A stretch of DNA of 64,000 nucleotides, from NCBI GenBank assembly GCA_001563335.1, contig LRSL01000086.1, forward strand, positions 18,839 through 82,838, given 5' to 3'. Shown in pieces: positions 61,337 through 64,000 of this stretch. Source of the DNA: Candidatus Thorarchaeota archaeon SMTZ1-45. GTDB lineage: Archaea; Asgardarchaeota; Thorarchaeia; Thorarchaeales; Thorarchaeaceae. A program made the position numbers and the translations under genes. The first letter of the stretch is position 1, and every line of letters starts with the position of its first letter. The notes beneath the pieces were generated by a model. It ran no database searches. It was not told where the DNA came from and saw nothing but the letters and a program-made list of their open reading frames with translations.

Positions 61337-61957
61337 TTGCAAGTAAGGGGCGTTTCAAAAGTGTCATATTATCAAGATGTGAAGGACCCAAACATTCCAG
61401 TTGAAGTTGTTAAAGCCAGATTGGAAAATATCTGTGCGATTCTTGATATCAATCCACCAGAAACAATTGTCTATGAGGAATCATGGGGGTCTTTTCAGAG
61501 GCCTCGATTGCTAGATGATGGTAGAACGATCATTCTTTTTAAAAGCCAGGACGATTCTGTCCTAAACTGGCAGATATGTAATCTCTATCATACCTTGGCA
61601 AGTAGGAAATCTCCTAGATGGATTGTTCGCCATGTATTCTCCTTCATGCTTCTTCCAGTCATCTTTGTGACAATCAATGTGTTTGCTTTGATCTATCTTG
61701 AGGTTGGATCTTTTGACATAGGTTTATCTCTCACAGTTTTTCTTCTTCAGTTTCCATTTGCTGCATTTAGTTGGTATTGGAAAAAAGGACTTGAAGACGA
61801 CATAATACTATGGAGAAGCAGTATGAAACAAGCAGGGCTATGGCCTGATAATATTGGAAACCATTACAACAAGTTGCTCAAGAGAATTCCATATGCAATG
61901 ATACTATTTTTCATATTTTTCGCATTGTTATTTGGTTGGATGATAGTAACGAGTTAG
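61337..61957 (+). CDS. Hypothetical membrane protein
   Basis: Soluble N-terminal half plus three TM segments; fills an inter-repeat unit. Confidence 0.65.
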   Translation: MQVRGVSKVSYYQDVKDPNIPVEVVKARLENICAILDINPPETIVYEESWGSFQRPRLLDDGRTIILFKSQDDSVLNWQICNLYHTLASRKSPRWIVRHVFSFMLLPVIFVTINVFALIYLEVGSFDIGLSLTVFLLQFPFAAFSWYWKKGLEDDIILWRSSMKQAGLWPDNIGNHYNKLLKRIPYAMILFFIFFALLFGWMIVTS

Positions 61958-61972
61958 AAAATGAGTCTAAAA

Positions 61973-62055
61973 TGCAAAAGAGAAGGGGTGCTCAACAGTG
62001 AGCAGCTCGGGAAAGGTCCCTGTTCAACCGACCCTGTCAGCCTCTACTTCTTACA
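61973..62055 (+). repeat. Array element copy 13
   Basis: tgcaaaagagaaggggtgctcaacagtgagcagctcgggaaaggtccctgttcaaccgaccctgtcagcctctacttcttaca. Confidence 0.92.
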
Positions 62056-62093
62056 CATCCATGAGTTCTATTCCTACATCTATGTCCTTTTCC

Positions 62094-62597
62094 TTATTCT
62101 AGTTCAGAGAGGACTCTGGAATACAACGCAGCTGACATGTGAAAGGTGGTTTCTTCAACAAGAGAACGAACTTTGGCGTGTGATTCCTTCTTCGATAGTA
62201 TTCCTTTCTTTGTGGCAGAAAGAATGATTCCGATAGTTCCTGTCATCCTGAGTCCAAGAGTTCTAGCTACGTCTCTTGCAGCTAGATCGTCAATGACTAT
62301 TACAGAATCTGATTTTTGCTTCTTGATATGATAAGCGAGTACAAGTGCATCTACCTCCCCTTGATGGAGTCCCATTTCATTAAGCTTGCCTGCGAGTGGG
62401 CTTTCTGGCACCTCTGACACAGTCAACCAGTCCGAGAAAGCACTTTGCAGAGTCGCATATTCTGATTCTGATGTATCAAGAACCTCCACCTTGACAGTAC
62501 CAACAGTGAAAACCTGGTCGAACAGTCGTTGTAATAGGTCAAGAAGTCCTAGTTTTCCTAAATAGATGAGAGGCGATGAGTTGACGATTGCAATCAA
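62094..62597 (-). CDS. PIN-domain toxin (DUF3368/VapC-like)
   Basis: VNSSPLI.L, L..GE..A..LA, IDD..AR..A..LG....GT.GI. Confidence 0.88.
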   Translation of the reverse strand: MIAIVNSSPLIYLGKLGLLDLLQRLFDQVFTVGTVKVEVLDTSESEYATLQSAFSDWLTVSEVPESPLAGKLNEMGLHQGEVDALVLAYHIKKQKSDSVIVIDDLAARDVARTLGLRMTGTIGIILSATKKGILSKKESHAKVRSLVEETTFHMSAALYSRVLSELE

Positions 62598-62598
62598 T

Positions 62599-62913
62599 TC
62601 ATATGCCCTCTACGAAGGTCAAGTCCTCTGTAAGCGTTTGTTCATCATACATGGTCACTTTGCGTTCAGCTAGTTCTCTCATCATTGCTCTTAGTGGTAT
62701 TTCAGCAATAGATGCTGCCTTCCAGATACTGAGCCGTCTAGCTTCAACTTCCTCAGAAAGATAATCGAGAAGATCGGCTGAAAGAGACCTATCGATGAGC
62801 TGTCTCACATACGATGATTTGTCAACTATCTTTCTTTTCTCCATCAAGAAAGTAAGGCGTTTTTCCAGCTCCTTATCCATTCTCACTGAGAGTACATCGC
62901 CCATTCCTATCAT
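62599..62913 (-). CDS. Antitoxin (RHH plus UPF0175-like)
   Basis: LSVRMD RHH strand, KSSYVRQL, LSIWKAA.IA; adjacent to the PIN gene. Confidence 0.82.
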   Translation of the reverse strand: MIGMGDVLSVRMDKELEKRLTFLMEKRKIVDKSSYVRQLIDRSLSADLLDYLSEEVEARRLSIWKAASIAEIPLRAMMRELAERKVTMYDEQTLTEDLTFVEGI

Positions 62914-62942
62914 GTATACTATGTATGACAGAGTATATGAAG

Positions 62943-63140
62943 TTATCCATTTTTATCTTTTAGTTCATCAAGTGGAATAAAGTCCTCTTATTCAAGAATC
63001 TGTTTCTGACGTTTGATGAACTCAATCTGTTCGTGTCTTCTGATTAGACGGAGGAGTGTATCGCTGAAATTCTCACCTGGTAATCGTGCTTCCTCCAAGC
63101 AATTGTAGGCTTCCTCAGTTATCCTAATCTTTTTGGTCAA
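62943..63140 (-). pseudogene. Orphan VapB-like (DUF217-type) antitoxin with premature TAA
   Basis: MTKKIRITEEAYNCLEEARLPGENFSDTLLRLIRRHEQIEFIKRQKQILE*EDFIPLDELKDKNG*; missed by the ORF track. Confidence 0.68.
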
Positions 63141-63213
63141 TTTGCTTTCCCAGATTTCACTACACTCTGTCGAATATAAAGCTGAAAGAAACTAATACTA
63201 GGGGATTGAATGA

Positions 63214-63296
63214 TGTTAAAGAGAAAGGGTGCCCAACAGTGAGCGGCTAGGGAAAGGTCCCGTTAGCCAACCCCGCCCGATAGCCTTGTACTTCGT
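63214..63296 (+). repeat. Array element copy 14
   Basis: tgttaaagagaaagggtgcccaacagtgagcggctagggaaaggtcccgttagccaaccccgcccgatagccttgtacttc. Confidence 0.88.
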
Positions 63297-63353
63297 GTCC
63301 GTCTTAGATATTCGATGTTATAATCTGAGAACTCAAGCGAATCATCAATACAG

Positions 63354-63962
63354 TCAGTTACGAGAGTTTACATCCTCGACACACGTTTTGATGAGTAAAT
63401 ATCGGGGTACGTTTTTCATGTAGTCGCGGTACAGGTCACCATATTGTTTCAGGCAAGCTTGTTCCTCCGCTAGAACTCTAGACCTACCAAATAAGGAGGC
63501 TAGTATCTGAAGGAATATTACAAACAGTGATCCTACAGCAATACCAATCCCACTACCTGCAATGAATAACATGAGAATCTGAGGATGGCGCGATACTCTA
63601 TAGAGTCCTCTGGAAACTGGTTGATTGAGTGGAGTGTTCTTGAAGTTGAATAGAGCGATGATGAAACCAATCAGACCAAAAAAGAAGAGAACAATTCCGG
63701 GAATGAAAAAAAGGGAATCAACTTTGAGTGGAGAAAGGACTACTAGAATCATATAGACTACGAGCATAAGTTTCTCGGTCACATAGAAAGCTCGATGTTT
63801 TCTACTCCAGCTAGACCTGTTGTACTCGTAGAGCCTTTTCACTACATGTTTGGGGAAAGTGAGAAGTAAGACACCATATGTTAGGTACAATACAAGAAAG
63901 AGGATCCATCCATTGAACCATCCAATTTCAAGTGCAGGGAAGAACTCCATGTCACCAATCAT
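63354..63962 (-). CDS. Isoprenylcysteine carboxyl methyltransferase / PEMT-family membrane protein
   Basis: GLYRVSRHPQ; EE..C...YG..Y..Y...VPRY. Confidence 0.87.
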   Translation of the reverse strand: MIGDMEFFPALEIGWFNGWILFLVLYLTYGVLLLTFPKHVVKRLYEYNRSSWSRKHRAFYVTEKLMLVVYMILVVLSPLKVDSLFFIPGIVLFFFGLIGFIIALFNFKNTPLNQPVSRGLYRVSRHPQILMLFIAGSGIGIAVGSLFVIFLQILASLFGRSRVLAEEQACLKQYGDLYRDYMKNVPRYLLIKTCVEDVNSRN

Positions 63963-64000
63963 GCCACATCATTCATCAATACAAAGATAATGTATGGATA

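Noticed and set aside
61336-61365. Partial 5' repeat match tgcaagtaaggggcgtttcaaaagtgtca
   Set aside because: Short, and it overlaps the translation start region of the next gene; it may be chance.
55851-63296. Repeat array as a CRISPR array
   Set aside because: Units are ~80 bp, divergent and separated by 0.1-2.5 kb gene-bearing intervals; there are no cas genes.
55851-63296. Repeat as a canonical attC site
   Set aside because: An RYYYAAC-like box is present, but the matching GTTRRRY and complementary L''/L' boxes are not conserved, and cargo genes lie on both strands.
54144-63423. Track ORFs 54144-54347, 55863-56171, 59027-59281, 59037-59417, 61191-61391, 61961-62227 and 63229-63423 as a protein family
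   Set aside because: Their mutual similarity comes from translating the DNA repeat; frames differ between copies, and several overlap real genes on the opposite strand.
1-64000. rRNA, tRNA, transposase or integrase genes
   Set aside because: None recognised by eye; a tRNAscan/HMM run would be needed to exclude them formally.

Overview
Archaeal genomic window, most likely from an Asgard archaeon. It carries archaeal-type uL16/L10e, TFB and an OB-fold SSB together with a Rab-like small GTPase; a Thorarchaeia-like assignment is an inference. The left ~46 kb is mostly ordinary housekeeping and metabolic content: nth, serS, a thrC-PadR fusion, SOR, tkt, an intein-containing class II RNR, acetyl-CoA synthetase, an ORP-like NifB/NifX-ATPase cluster, MgtA, KamA, TFB, SSB and rpl10e. 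It also holds several unannotated micro-ORFs and nonsense-inactivated pseudogenes. The main finding lies at ~47.2-63.3 kb. There, an ~80-bp structured element (consensus approx. TGYAAAAGAGAAAGGGTGCTCAACAGTGTCAGAAAGGGAAAGTTCCCTGTTCACCCGACCCYGTCAGCCTCTACTTCTTACA) recurs about 14 times. All copies are intergenic and in the same orientation, and they separate 1-3-gene modules of accessory genes, including a toxin-antitoxin pair, a decayed gene and an ORF-less unit. Copies tend to be better conserved towards the right. This looks like an integron-like gene-cassette array with a non-canonical recombination site; no recombinase is visible in the window. All alignments and family calls were made by eye, without database searches.
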